DNA from: Cetorhinus maximus
Taxonomy: Eukaryota
Reading direction: 5' to 3'
Length of the DNA stretch: 64,000 nucleotides
NCBI RefSeq assembly: GCF_964194155.1
Contig: NC_135910.1
Location: 9,920,001 to 9,984,000 of the forward strand
The notes beneath the pieces are model-generated. The model worked only from the letters and a program-made list of their open reading frames with translations, ran no database searches and was not told the DNA's origin. Every line of letters begins with the position of its first letter. The stretch's first letter is position 1. Position numbers and translations under genes: made by a program. Positions 13,578-27,212 of the stretch are shown piece after piece.

Positions 13578-15310
13578 ATCAACTTTAGCCAACAGTCTCT
13601 TATGAGGACCCAGATGCCTTCTGAAAGTCCGTATAAATAACATCCATAAATATTCCCTTGTCCACTTTTATGATCACCTCTTCAAAAATATTTAATCAAG
13701 ATCGTCAGGCATGATCCACCCTTTACAAATCCATGCTGGGTCTCTATAATCAGCTGAAAACTTTCAAGGTGTTCACAAGTTCTTTTCTTAATTACTTACT
13801 CCAATAATTTCCTGACAACATTTGTTAGGCTAAGTGGTCTATAATTCCCTGGTCTATCATTCCCTCTTTTCGCCTTTCTTAAATAGTGGAGTGACATGCA
13901 ATTTTCCAATCTAAAGGAATGGTTCGTGAATGGAGTATTCACAGGTCACTGGACGGGGATGCTATAGGGAAATGATCGGGAAACTTGCAGGGAAATTACT
14001 TGATGAGGTTGCAGTGAAGTTCTGCGCTGTAACCATTGTTCAAAGGGTTTCAGTTGAGCGATCCTGTCACGACGTGTCAATGTACTGTTACTCCATTTCA
14101 GAATCAACCGATCTGAGTGGGGATTTCCCCTTAGGAGAATTTTCAAATTAGGGTAGTGGGGTTTTAGCAGTGAGTTTTCACAGAGGCTCAGTTCTGGTAA
14201 CATCTCGCTGTGGAAACTCACTTCAATCTTTGCATTCTCGTCCATTAGTTGTAAATATCACACACCATTTCATGAATGGGCATTGCAACACTAAAGATCC
14301 TCAAAATTGGGGTTTGTATGAATGAATGACTGACTGAATGAAACAGAAACATAGAACATCTACAGCACAGAAGGAGGCTTTTCGGCCTATCATGTCTGTG
14401 CTGGCCAATAAAAAGCTCTCTTGCCTAATCCCACTTCCTAACACATGGTCTGCAGCCCTGTAGTTGCTGTACTTCGAATGCATATCGAAGTATTTTAAAA
14501 ATGCGACAAGAGTTTCTGCCTCTGTCACCCTTTCAAGCATTGAGTTTCAGACCCCCGCCACCCTTTTGATGAAAAGATTCCTCAACTCCTACACTAAATA
14601 TTCTGCTAATTACTTTAAATCTACACTCCCTGGTCATTGACCTGTGAATGGAAATAGGTCCTTCCTACTCACTCTATTATAGACACTTAATTATTTTATA
14701 CATCCTCAATTAAATCTCATTTCAGTCTCCTCAGCTCCTATGAAAACAACCCAAGCCTATCCAATTGTACTTCACAGCTAGAATCCTCCATTCCTGGCAA
14801 CTTCTTCATAAATCTCCTCTGTGCCCTCTTTAATGTGGTCGCATCCTTCTTGTAATGTGGTGACCAGAACTATGCTGTAGGGTCACTACATATAATTTCC
14901 CTGCAACTTCAGTGAGTTTCCCGATCACTTCCGTAGGGCATCCCCATCCAGTGACCCTGTGAATTCTCAATTCACAAACCATTCCTTTGGATTGGAAAAT
15001 TGCATGTCGTTCCACTACTTAAGAAAGATGAGAAGAGAGAAACCAGGAAATTCTAGACTAATTAGCCTAACAGAAGTTGTCAGGAAATTACTGGAGTAAG
15101 TAATTAAGGAAAGAGATTGTGAACACCTTGAAAATTTTCAGAGAAAGCCAGCGTGGATTTGTAAAGGGTATATCATGCCTGATGAACTTGATTGAATTGT
15201 TTTGAAGAGGTGATTATAGCAACGGACAAGGGAATGTTTATGGATGTTATTTATATAGACTTCCAGAAGACATCTGGGTACTCATAGGAGACTGTTAGCT
15301 AAAGTTGAAT
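13578..15310. repeat. Old local inverted duplication (arms ~13578-14000 and ~14894-15310)
   Basis: Both arms carry the same CR1 fragment plus the same adjoining junction (caggtcactgg..cttgcagggaaatta versus taatttccctgcaa..ccagtgacc). Confidence 0.7.
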
Positions 15311-15354
15311 CTCGAGGGATTGAAGGCCTAACTAGTATATTATACAGTTCTAGC

Positions 15355-17300
15355 ATAACCTCCTAGCTCCTGTAAAATATCTTGCATGCCTTCTTAACCA
15401 ACTTATCTACCTTTCCTACTACCTTCAGGGATCTATGGGCATGCATTCCAAGGTCCCTCTGTACCGCCATATTTCTCAGAACGCTACCATTTGCATTTTC
15501 CCTTGCCTTGTTTGCCCTCCCCAAATACATTACCTCACATTTCTCCAGATTGAATTCCATTTGTCAATTTTCTGCCCACCTGGCCTGTCCATTGATACCT
15601 CCCTGCAGTCTGCAGTCTTCCTCCTCACTATCAATCGCAACGCCAAATTTTGTATCATTGTCTAAATCATGAATCTATACCGTGAAAAGCAAGGGGCCCA
15701 GTACTGAGCCCTGAGGAACTCCACTGGAGATAGCCTTCCAGTCACAATAATACTCGTCAACCATTACCCATTGCTTCCTGCCGCTGAGCCGATTTTGGAT
15801 CCAGTTGGCTACTTGGATCCCATGGCATTTACTTTCCTGACCAGTCTGTCATGTGGCACTTTGTCAAAAGCCTTGCTAAAATCTATGTGAATCACATCAA
15901 ATGCGCCACCCTCATCGACCCTCCTTGCCACCTCCACAAAGATTCAATCAAGTTAACCAGACATGCCCTTCCTTTAACAAATCTCTGCTGGTTGCCCTTG
16001 ATTAATGTGTGCCTTTCTAAATGACAATGTTATCGTCCCTCAGTCTATGTGCCAATAATTTTTCCATCAGTGAGGTTAGGCTAACTGGCTTATAATAACT
16101 TGAGCTATCCCTTCCTCCCTTTTTAAACAATGGTACAATGTTAACAGTCCTCAGGCATCATACCTACAGTTAGGGAGGATTGGAAAATAATGGTGTATAT
16201 CCAGTACCCTTAAAATTTCCTCTCTCGCTATATTTATTCCATCCAATATGTCACACTAGTCCTTCTTAATTAAAGGTCGGGATCATACTCTTCTTTTGTG
16301 AAGGCAAACACAAAGTGTTCATTAAAGAACCATGCCCACGCCTCTGCACGCAGACTACCTTTTTGTTCTCTATTCAGCCCTATTCTTTCATTAGTTATCC
16401 TCTTTCTTTTTAGCAATTTATAAAACATAATTGGATTTTCTTTGATTTTGCTTGCCGATATTCCCTCTTTGTTTCCCTAATCTCCCTTTTAACGTCACCC
16501 CTACACTTTCTATACTCCTCTAGGCTTTCTGCAGTATTGAGGTATCTGACATAAGCTTCCTTTTTATTGCCTTATCCTAGTCTGCATGCTCTTTGAGGTG
16601 GGAGGGATAGTTGGTGGAAGGAGCCCCACCCTTTTCCTTTGTGGGTACATATTTGTTATGAACCCTCCCTATCTCCCCCCTGAATAACCCTCACTGCTCT
16701 GACACTGATTTACCTTCAAATAGATGTTTCCAGACCACTTTTGCCAAATCACACCTCAGCTTAGTAAAATTGTCCTTTACCCAGTTTAAAACTTTTGCTC
16801 TGGTTCTATCTTTGTCCTTTCCCTTAACTATGTTATATCTAACAGAATTATGATCACTACTACCAAAGTGGTGCACCACTGATTCCACTTCAATTTACCC
16901 ATATTCATTTGATAAAACTAAATCCAGAACAGCCTCTTCTCTTGCTGGGCTTTCTACAAACTGGCCAAAAAGTTCTCCTGAATATATTTTAAGAATTCTG
17001 GGTGCCCTATACTTTTTACATTGATTTTATCCCAGTTAATTTAAGGGTGGTTGAAATACCTTACTATTACTATTCTATTATGTTTGCCCTTCTCAGCAAT
17101 TTGCTTATGTATTTGCTCTTCTATCTCCCTCTGACTGTTTGGGGTCTATAGTACGCTCCCAACTGTACTATTAGTTCCTCAGTTCAGCCCATATAGCTTT
17201 ATTTGATGGCCCTTCTATATATCATCCCTCTTTTAACCAATCTTGCAAGACCTCCCCCTTTTTATGTATCCCTCTCCCATCTGAATACCCTGTAACCAAG
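15355..17300 (-). mobile_element. CR1 LINE ORF2 fragment (endonuclease to RT, degraded)
   Basis: Peptides HFGSSDHNSV, MEFNLEKCEVM and RDLGMH; the PQGSVLGP region is at ~15695-15720. Confidence 0.8.
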
Positions 17301-18277
17301 GATATGGTACTGTTCAGAATGTACTCTGAGGGAGTACAGAATAAGGGGCCATATCCTTAAAATTAGGAAGGACTTCATCACTCAAAGGGTAATGGAAATC
17401 TGGAACTCTACCCCCAGGTAAGTCGCTTAGGCTGGGGGTCAATTAAAAATGTCAAAACTGAGATTGAGAGATTTTTGTTAGGCAGGGGTGTTAAGGAATA
17501 TGGAACCAAAGCGGGTAAATGGAGTTGAGATACAGATGAGTCATGGTCCAAATGAATGGCAGAACAGGCTTGAGGTGCTGAGTGGCTTACTTCTGTTCCC
17601 AAGATTTCCACAGATTTGATGTACTAGGAGGGAGTGAGTTTGAGTAGGAGATGGGAGAATGTGTGTTAACATAGTGAGGATGGAGGAAGAAGGGAGAGTG
17701 CATTGGACAGGATAGTTAAAGCTTAAGAGGAGCAAGACAGGAAGAGTCAAAAGAGTGGTGACCATAAGAGAGAAATATATTATTCATTCACATTGACAGG
17801 CTGCAGTAGAGTAAGTGCAAAGCTCTCAGAGCCCTAGGATTCAAACCCAAGAGTCCGCTGACTGGTGAGAGCCATTGGCATCAGGAAATAAACAGACATT
17901 ATCCTAACAATGGAGGGCTCGAACTTGGAATGAAGTGTTGGAAGAGATATATTGTCCTCCTTGTTCCCTTTCTATTGGCCATTAGAGTCTGAACCAATAA
18001 CAAATCATAATCCTCTGAACCCACCCATCACAACAGCACCCCAACCCCTCCCACCTCCAGAAGCCACGAGGGGAGAGAGTTTTCTGATCTGAGCTGAATT
18101 TTCCTTTAACTTCAGGAAGCCCGGATAGAAAAACATTTTTTTTGGCCCTGTTGTCCTCAGCAACAATTCTCCAGCTTCAACATAAATCACTGTTAAGTTT
18201 CTCTTTTAGGTTTGGCCATTAATTAATTATTTGACAAGAGGTAGAGAATATAAGTTACGATGTAATGATGAATCTGA

Positions 18278-18810
18278 TTTTAAAATTCCTGTTTTCAAAT
18301 CTATCCATGACTTCGCCCCTCCCTATCTCTGTAATATTCTGCAGACCCACATCCCTTTGACATATCTGCGCTCCTCTAATTCTGGCTTCCTGAGCTGCCC
18401 CAATTTTAATTGCTCCACTATTGGTGGCGGCAACTTCAGTTGCCTGGGCCCTAAGCTCTGGAATACTCTCCCTACACCTCTCTGCCCCTCTACCTCCCTT
18501 CCCTCCTTTAAGACATTCCTTAAAACCTACGGCCGTGATTTTCTGATCCCACCCATGGTGGGAATCATCGTGGGCGGCATGGAAAATTCGATGGACCAGC
18601 CAAAGGTCCGTTGACCTTGTGTGGGAAATTTCTGTCCCGTGGCGGGCGGGACCAGAAAATCTCGGTCTACCTCTGACCAAGTTTTTGGGCATGTGGTCTA
18701 ATATCTCCTTTTGTGACTCAATGTCACATTTTGTGTTATAGTACTCCTGTGTAGCACCTTAGGAGATTTAATTACATAAAAGGTGCTATATAAATGTGAG
18801 CTGTTGTTGT
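18278..18810 (+). mobile_element. L2-clade LINE 3' end containing a MITE insertion
   Basis: FSCLGPKLWNTLP..FKTFLKTY and the L2 tail. Confidence 0.75.
18531..18667. mobile_element. 137-bp MITE, PIF/Harbinger-like
   Basis: Imperfect TIRs ggccgtgattttct / agaaaatctcggtc and a 3-bp tac duplication; it interrupts the L2 sequence aaaacctacctc. Confidence 0.65.
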
Positions 18811-19284
18811 TAGGTGCATTTGTGGGCTCTACACTATAGGTGAGGCAATAAAATTGTTCATAACATTGTTATATTAATTTGATTCTTTATGAAGAAATGG
18901 GACTGCGTTCATAGAAATAGACTTATTTTTCCAATGATTGAGGGGTCTGGAACGAGGGGACATGATATAGGATTAACCATTTGAGATTTACTACAGATAG
19001 CAGGAGATTTTATTTGAAGCAGAGTCGCGAGGCTGAGGAATGAAGTAGTAATTGAAGCGGAGCCCTCATCAATATTTAAGAAGTAGATCTGATAGGTGAC
19101 TGAGGAAAGAGGAAATGAAGGGATGTTGGTGGGCATGTGGGATTGGGACCACTGCTTGTAACGAGGATAAACCCCAATGTGGACTGGATGAGCCCTGGTG
19201 ACTGTAACATTTCTGTAAATCTGTAGAGACGTTACTGTTATTTCGCTGGAATTCCTACAGATCTTCCACTGAAATTATAGCTCC

Positions 19285-19642
19285 TTTGACAGCATCTTCC
19301 AAACCCATGACCTCTACCACCTAGAAAGATCCACGACCTCTACCACCTAGAAAGACCTCTACCACCTAGAAAGCAGACACATGGGAACACCGCCACCTGC
19401 AAGTTCCCCTCCATGCCACACACCATCCTGACTTGGAAATAGATCGCTGTTCCTTCACTGTCGCTGGGTCAAAATTCTGGAACTCCCTCCCTAACAGCAC
19501 TGTTGGTGTATCCTACAACACATGGAGTGCAGTGGTTCAAGAAGGCAGCTCACCGCCATCTTCTCAAGGGTAATTAGGGATGGGCAATAAATGCTGGTCT
19601 GGCCAGCGATGCCCACATCCCATGAACGAATAAATAAAAAAC
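19285..19642 (+). mobile_element. HER1-type LINE 3' end with internal triplication of acctctaccacctagaaag
   Basis: Matches 13260-13577. Confidence 0.75.
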
Positions 19643-19999
19643 ATTATTGGGAAGAACCCTTGCAGAAATTCAACCCCAGTGTGACTAAAGTGGGACATTT
19701 ATTTGTCATTTCTTGGTCCATACCTGGAATTGATGGAGGTCTTTCAGAACGAGAACAATCTCTCACGTCCATGGACTGGTGTAATCCGCAAATTTTTAAA
19801 TATTGCATTACAAAGTACCTCTTCCTCTGTTTCATTCCTGAACAGCGTGATCAGCAAGTGACTCAGAACTGACTCTGATACCATATGCCCAACAAGTTTC
19901 ACCAGTCACTCTCCTGCCATTGCTAATCAAACTTATCAACCCGACAATAATTATATCATAATTAGTAAAAGCCTCACATATGCTGCCTGCAATAAAAGA

Positions 20000-20265
20000 A
20001 AGACTTGCACATATACAGTGGCTTTTATACATCCCAAAGCACCTTACAGCCAATGAAGTACTTTTAAAGTGTGGTCACTGTGGTAATGTAGGAAACATGG
20101 CAGCCAATTATTGCACAGCAAGATCCCACAAACAGCAATGTGGCAGTGATCAGATAATCTATTACTTTTTTAAAGCGATTAAAATAGGCCAGGACGCTTT
20201 CTTCAAAACAGTGCTGTAGAATCTTTTACAACCACCTGAGAGGGAAGTCAAAGCCCCTGTTTAAC
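20000..20265 (-). mobile_element. Deu-domain SINE, 3' part
   Basis: Matches 43918-44200. Confidence 0.65.
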
Positions 20266-20799
20266 AAGTCAACCAAGACACAGGATAGTGCAGAAGTTTG
20301 CGTCCGTAGCGCTCTGGGAACTGTGCCCCAGGAGTTGTCATTGCCCCTGAGGCTGTGTCCCAGTTAGAGAGGGCACCTTTGGCAGAGCAGGGAGAAAAAT
20401 AAAGTGGGAAGGAAACTGTGGAGAATATTTTATCTTTAAATGCTTCCACATGCTGCTTTACAACGGCAATCTGCCCTGATTGTATTAATGAGATAGCTCA
20501 GAGCCTCCCAGAAAATTCTCATAAAGCACCTGCACATGTTTGAAGAGAAGCCTCAGCAGGGTTTACCGGAATGTTCTGCAGCTTTTGACAGAAGTGATAA
20601 AGTGCGAGCTGCCAAGGGCAGCGAGAGGAAACACTTGTGCATTTGAACAGAGCTCATGTGTCAGCAGCATCCTCTGGGGGCAGGGCTCCATGGTTCTTGA
20701 AGGGGAAACTTTAATTGCGGTTACAGTATCATATTTATAAACCACTTTTATGAGTTTCTAAGGCTATTTTGATTAATAATGTGTTTTGAACATAAGATA

Positions 20800-21150
20800 A
20801 GGAATAGCTGGCCATTCAACCCATTTCACAACAGGAACTCTTCAAGCCCCTTGAGCTTGTCGCACAGGAACAGAAGTAAGTCACTTAGATCCTCAAGCCT
20901 GCTTTTAAGGATCAGGAGTAGGCCATTCAGCCCCTCATGCCTGTTGCACAGAAACAGGAGGAGGCCATTCAGCCCCTTGAACCTGCTACATTGGAACAGA
21001 TATAGGCCATTCAGCCCCTCAAGCCTGTTACACAGAACAGGAGTAGGTCATTCAGCCTCTCGTAGCTATTAACGTGGGAACACCAATAGACCATTCAGCC
21101 CCTTGAGCCTGTTGAACAGCAACAGGAGTGTGCCATTCGGCCCCTCAAGC
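20800..21150 (+). repeat. Minisatellite, ~40-bp unit, about 8-9 copies (aggccattcagcccctcaagcctgttacacagaacaggagt)
   Basis: Tandem units visible directly. Confidence 0.8.
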
Positions 21151-21397
21151 ATTTTCAGTGTCCGGTGGCTCAGAATTGCTGTTTGTGAAGTGAATTAAGG
21201 GCTAATATTAAAACGTAAATGAGAGTTTTCTTGTTTCTTGTTTGTTTCTCACAGCAGTCTCCTGGAGATTAATCCTCAATTCAGGAAGACTCTAGGTCAA
21301 TTCTGGTTGGCAGCCCCATCAAGGACACTTTGGCTGCCCCTTTCCAGCTCTTTCACTCCCTCCTGGAAACATGTGCTTTCCAAGTGTCAGTAATGGA

Positions 21398-21790
21398 TTT
21401 AGGGGGTAGCAAGTTTGCCTCTGAGGCAGAAGGTTGTGGGTTCAAGCCCCGCCTAAGCATGTAATCCAGGCTGATACTCCCAGCACTGAGGGAGTGCTGC
21501 AATGTTGGAGACTCTGTGTTTTGGATGACTTATTAAAACAAGGCTCCACCTGCTCTCTCAGGTGGACCGAACAGATTCCATGGCAATTTCAAAGAAGAGC
21601 TGGGGAGCTCTCCCTGGTGTCTTGGCCAGTTTTTAATCCCTCAACCAACATCACGAAGAACAGTTCAGTGATGTTTGTGGAATCTTGCTGCGTGCATATT
21701 GGCTGTGCTCCCTACATTGCAAGTGACTACACTTCAAAACACTTTGCTGTCTGTAAAGCACTTTGCGGTGTCATAAAAGGTGCTGGTTTT
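21398..21790 (+). mobile_element. Deu-domain (SacSINE1-like) SINE
   Basis: tRNA-like head, Deu core and L2-type tail. Confidence 0.7.
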
Positions 21791-22996
21791 TGAAAGAAGG
21801 AAGTAAGGTAGTGAGGTGAAGTGGTTTAGAAAGAGTTCGAAGCAACAGGTGGACCTGATATTATGTACAAATCCCAGCACAGGAGGGAGAGACCATTTGT
21901 TGCCCTTCTCAAGAGCAATTAGGGATAGACTTTAAAAATGCTGACCTAGACAGTGACTCCTACATCCCATGAAAGGATGAAATAAAAAAGTTTAACTGGA
22001 CAGTAGCAACTACACAGCGATGTTAAAGGTCCAGAATCACTGGACATTGCAACCCTCCACACTTACAGAGGATCCCCTAAGGGGCTAAAAGCCTCACGAT
22101 CCATGACCTCTGAACCCCCATTGCTGTGGAATCAGCAATAAATTGAGATTGCTTCCACAGCAGAACCAGCCAGTTTAAACAGGTAGCACCTGGCACTGAT
22201 GGTGCAGATTACTGAAAAGTTACACCCATCCCACACCTGACTTTTCACTTCCTTCACCAAATGAGGAAGTGAAGGGGTCACTGACAGATCTGTTTTTGCA
22301 AAATACTGCAAGTCTATTTTAATTTTGTTACAGATGCACACTTACTTTAACCCCTCATTCCCCCTCTCTTCTCTATCTTCCTTTCCCCGCTCTCTTCCTT
22401 CCCACCCATCCCTCCTCCTTCCCCATCCTCCATCCTCCCCCTCAATCTCCCCATCCTGCCCCTACCCTCCGCCACCCCCACCCCCCAACCTTCCCATCCT
22501 CCCTGCCACTATCCCCTGCCTCTCTGCTTCTTCCCCGCCACCAAATGCATCCACATACACCCACTCACATTCTGCATTCTACCTCGGGTCAGGGTTTGGG
22601 TGGAGGTGTGCTCTGCACCAGACAGGCTGCTTTGTGAGGAGTTATGAATCTCACAGGCACCGTGGGCTGTCCCCACCTTTTCTCCTCTTCAGTCATTTCC
22701 CTGAGCTATCGGTTTCGTCAAACCATTTCACTCTCATTCTCTCTGACTCTACAAGATACCCATTGCAGTGAGCAACTGCTGTCAGATCAGCCCATGCATG
22801 ACACCATGGAAATTCAGACCGAGCTGACCAACTATAACAGCCTTCGCAGCTTTACAGGAACTGTCTGACTAGCCCCTGGTCCTGGATGTTAATCGGTTTA
22901 AGAACCATTTATCGCAATGGCTCAGTGAGTGAGAATGTCTGATCAGACGCACACTCAACAGATAACAAACTTCCTTCATCAAATTCAAATGAGGAA

Positions 22997-23450
22997 TCAA
23001 CAACAACTTACATTTATAAAGCTCCTTTAACATAGTAAAACATCCCAAGGTGCTTCAGAGGAGCATTATCAGACAAAAATTTGACACCGAGCCACATAAG
23101 GAGACATTAGGACAGATGATCAAATCTTGGAAAGAGGTAGGTTTTAAGGAGCAGGGTTGGAGAGGTTTAGGGAGGGAATTCCAGAGCTTAGAACCCCAGG
23201 CAGCTGAAGGCATAATCGCCAAAGGTGGAGCAATTCAAATCAAGGATGCTCAGGAAGCCAGAATTAGAGGAGCGCAGATGTCTCAGAAAGTTGTGGGGCT
23301 GGAGGGGACGAGGCCAGGGAGGGAAACGAACACAAGGATGGGAATTTTAAAGTGGTGTCAGCGGTTTGATAGCCAGTGTAGGGAAGTGAGCACAGGAGAT
23401 GATAGATGAACGGAACTTGGTATGAATTAGAATGTAGGCAGCAGACAAGA
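22997..23450 (-). mobile_element. L2-clade LINE 3' end
   Basis: Reverse complement of 18278-18810. Confidence 0.7.
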
Positions 23451-23699
23451 GTTGTCGGATGGGGAATTAGCTGAATAGAGAAAGTAGAATCCAATCAAGG
23501 GGTTCAACTCAATGACAGAGTTTGTAAGAGTTCAGGTGCAGCTATTTTAAATATGTCAAACGAGAGATCAACGACTTTATCACTGAGTTATGCAGCGTAA
23601 TTAAGATTCTTTCTGTAACTAAGCCATAATACGTTCTGCAGACTTCCTCAGTCTGCGCGATCATTGCATTACCCCGACAGGTGCCCTGCAGCCCAGTCA

Positions 23700-23852
<153 letters not shown>

Positions 23853-24144
23853 TCATACTTTGACACACTGCCTGCCTCCAACAGCAGCTGAAATAAAGGT
23901 TTCACTCACGTGTTCATTTCCTGTCCTAGGACTGAAAACACCCACTGTGCCTTGCTGCCCTCTGGTGGCTGTCGGCAGGACAGTCCCCCATGCGACTTAT
24001 TTCTTCTTGTTTCGACTCCATTTTATCCCCACCTGCCTAGTCCACCTACCTCTCCAACCCTCACCAGGATGTACAGCCCCTCTACCCCTCCAAACCTCAT
24101 TGAAATGTTACCCTTACATTCCTCTCTCTACAGATACTGGTTGA

Positions 24145-24702
24145 CCTTTTTTTCATTCTTTCACAGGACATGAGCGTCGCTGGCTAGGCCAGCATTTTTA
24201 ACTCCATCCCCAATTGCCCTTGGGAAGTGGATGCTGAGCCACCTTCTTGAACCATTACAGTCCACATGGTGTAGCTACACCCACAGCGCTGTTAAGGAAG
24301 GAGTTCCAGGATTTTGACCCAGTAACAGTGAAGGAACAGTGATATGGTTCCAAATCAGGATGATGGCACTTGGAGGAAAACTTCCAGTTGGTGGTAATCC
24401 CATGTGTCTGCTGCCCTTGTCCTTCTAGGTGGTAGAGGTCACGGGTTTGGAAGGCATTGTCGAAGGAGCCTTGGTGAGTTGCTGCAGTGCATGTTGTAGA
24501 TGGTACACACTGCTGCCACTGTGCGTCGGCGGTGGAGGGAGTGAATGTTTGTGGATGCGTTGTCAATCAAGCAGGCTTCTTTATCCTGGATGACGTTGAG
24601 CTTCTTGAGTGTTACTGAAGCCACACTCATCCAGGCAAGTGGAGAGTATTCCATCACATTCCTGACTTGTGCCTTGTAGATGATGGACAGGCTTTGGGGA
24701 GC
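24145..24702 (-). mobile_element. HER1-type LINE 3' end
   Basis: MEYSPLAWMS..LKKLNVIQDKEACLI and the HER1 tail. Confidence 0.8.
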
Positions 24703-27062
24703 ATTTCCAGCAGTTTCTGTTTTTATTAACAGATAGCTGGTTCCCTCTTACCCAGTGTAGCCTGTAGAAAGACCATCTTAAGCCAAGCGCAAAATCATCG
24801 TGTTGGGTAGTGGGGGTTTGGGAACTGAGAAGATAACAAGGTCAGGGCTCCAGCTCCAGTGTAAGCTTTGAAAATTATCAGTGCTCTATGCCTCCTTGCC
24901 TAACCACACTCTGGAAATGCCATCAGCAGGAAAGGTTAGAGGAGAACTGACCAAAACAAAGATAAGAAAGGATGCAATGGAGAGAGAGGTTGGAAGTGAG
25001 GGTTCGATTGTTCATCAGAAGGCAATCCTTTCTGGCATCTTTCCAGAAACCTGAGTGTGTTAGAAGATCCCTCCTATTCATATTTTTCCTTTTCTCCCAA
25101 GTCTAGTGAATGGGGTAGAAGTTATGTTACAGTTGTAAAAATCTATGGTTAAATTGCATCTGGTGTTTCAGCGCTGGGCACCACACCTCAGGAAGGATAT
25201 ATTTAAACTATAGGAGCTGTAACACAAATTTACCAGAACATCCTTGGTCCTTATACTTGCCTCCTTAAGACTTTTGAAGTGATTTCACATAAAAGTAGCA
25301 CTCCTCTACCCTGCATTATTTGTGGTTTGACCCAGAAAGGCAATTTAAATACTAAAATCTGCTGTGAGCCATTGCTTTAGGCCGCAACTTGTGCATATTG
25401 ACCAATTCTAGGCCCCATAATTCCAGCAGGATGTCAATGTCTTGCTTTCAGAGATTTACCAGAATGGTACAGGAGATGAGGGACTCCAGCTATGTGGAGA
25501 GTCAGGGGCATGAGCCACTCATTGCAGAATCTGACCTGATCTAATAGCCTTCGTGTTTACGTGGCTGGTCAATGCCAACTTCCTAATATCGAGTTGACTT
25601 GTGTGAAGTGGGGAGTGGGGTGTGTGTTCATGGCTATATATCTGTTCCTATATTCATAGACAAACTGGACACTCATGGAGTGGCAGGCCTTTCTGTTGAT
25701 GGAGGGGATACTGGGAGTGGATGGTCACTGGAGTAAGGTGAGCGATGGCCAGAACTTAGAGCCTTCAATGCACAGAAGTTCAACCCAGAACTAAGTGATC
25801 CAGTGTGTTTGTCCAAAAACCTCTAGTCATTTCCACATATACCCTGATGGTATCTAAAGTGCAATCTTACCTACCTTGATCAGCTCAACAACCTCCAATT
25901 AGGGGCCTATCCATAGCTCAGCACGGGATTGGATAGGACACGGGGCAGGTGGGATGGGGGGGTGGGGGGCTGCAGTCTGACTCTGGGGGAAAGAGGAACA
26001 TTGAAATGAAAATTTAATCGTCAAGGGTCATCTTGCTGAAAATAAGGGTGCCAGGGAATATAAATGTTTTCACAATAACACCCAGTGTTAAGTAGCAAAC
26101 AGTCCTAGACAGCTCCCTCTACACTGTCCCCATCAAATGCTCCCAGGGCAGGTACAGCACAGGTTAGATACAGAGTAAAGCTTCCTCTACAGTATCCAAT
26201 AAAACATTCACTAATGAGAGAAGATGTTTGGACAGGAACTTTCCAGGTGTTGGATTGACCTCATCCCAAAGGATCCTTGGAACTGCAGATGGTCATCCAG
26301 CCTCGAGTCAGAGCTAATTCTCCAAACAATTATCTCCTCTCAAGAGCATGAACCATCCTGTAGCCCTCTCACAAGCATAGTATCAGCCTGCAGCCTTCAG
26401 GGGTCAGAGATGAAAGGGTGTTTGACCAAGGCAGTAAACCATTGAACTGTGTACACGCTCAGAGAGCCCACTGCCACTCTCAATGGCTGGCAGGAGCCAG
26501 AGAAACAGCACAGGAAATGTCAAAAGGAAAAGGTTTATTGCTTTAAATTAATTCTGTTAAGCTCAAAAGCGGCACAATGTCATTTCATTATTTAGTTAAT
26601 GCTGACAAAAACAGGCATGGAAGAAATCAGGACTGGAATGATCCACTTGTGAACTGACCCAGGGTGGGGGATGGGGGAGGGACAGAAGCAGAACAAACCC
26701 CAGCTTCACAGTTATGATCAGTGTGCCTCCACAATGCTTTGGCACTGTTCCTCAGTCTCTGGCTGCTTCAGTCCCTCTACGTCCCCTCGATCGAGCTCCA
26801 AGATCTTGCCTGGCTGCTCAATAAATAAATTTGAGTGGATCTCCCTTGGTCACAAGCTCCAATGTTGGCATGCTCTGCCTGCAGTGTGTGCCAGGGATAG
26901 TCTGCACCCATCTCACCTCCATCATGGAAGTGACAGAGTGAATGTCCACTTTACATAAAAGTTACAGCATTGAAAAATATACAAGACTGTCACAGTCAAA
27001 AAAAAAGACAACAACTGGACAAAGCCTCCATGACGGGTAACAAAGGAAGGGGGATAAAGAGT

Positions 27063-27212
27063 TGGGGCCTGCGGAACCTGGACCCCACATAGGGTCTGGG
27101 GCCTGCAGAACCCCTACCCCAGGGAGAGTCCGGGGCCTCCGGAATCCCGACCCCAGGGAGAGCTTGGGCCTGCAGAACCCGGACCCCCCCTGGGGAGTCA
27201 GGGCGTGCGGAA
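27063..27212. repeat. GC-rich minisatellite, ~32-bp unit, about 4-5 copies (ggggcctgcagaacccggacccc..gggagagtc)
   Basis: Tandem units visible directly. Confidence 0.75.

Noticed and set aside
14215-14245. ATG..MDENAKIE|gtgagt mini-exon (considered as a periaxin-like first exon)
   Set aside because: No supporting downstream exons or homology, and it lies inside MAP4K1 intron 1; could be chance.
20800-21150. CRISPR-like regularly spaced repeats
   Set aside because: Vertebrate DNA, no unique spacers and no cas genes; this is a LINE-tail minisatellite.
22325-22771. Proline-rich 148-aa ORF
   Set aside because: Low-complexity C/T tract, no ATG-led coding signal or splice support.
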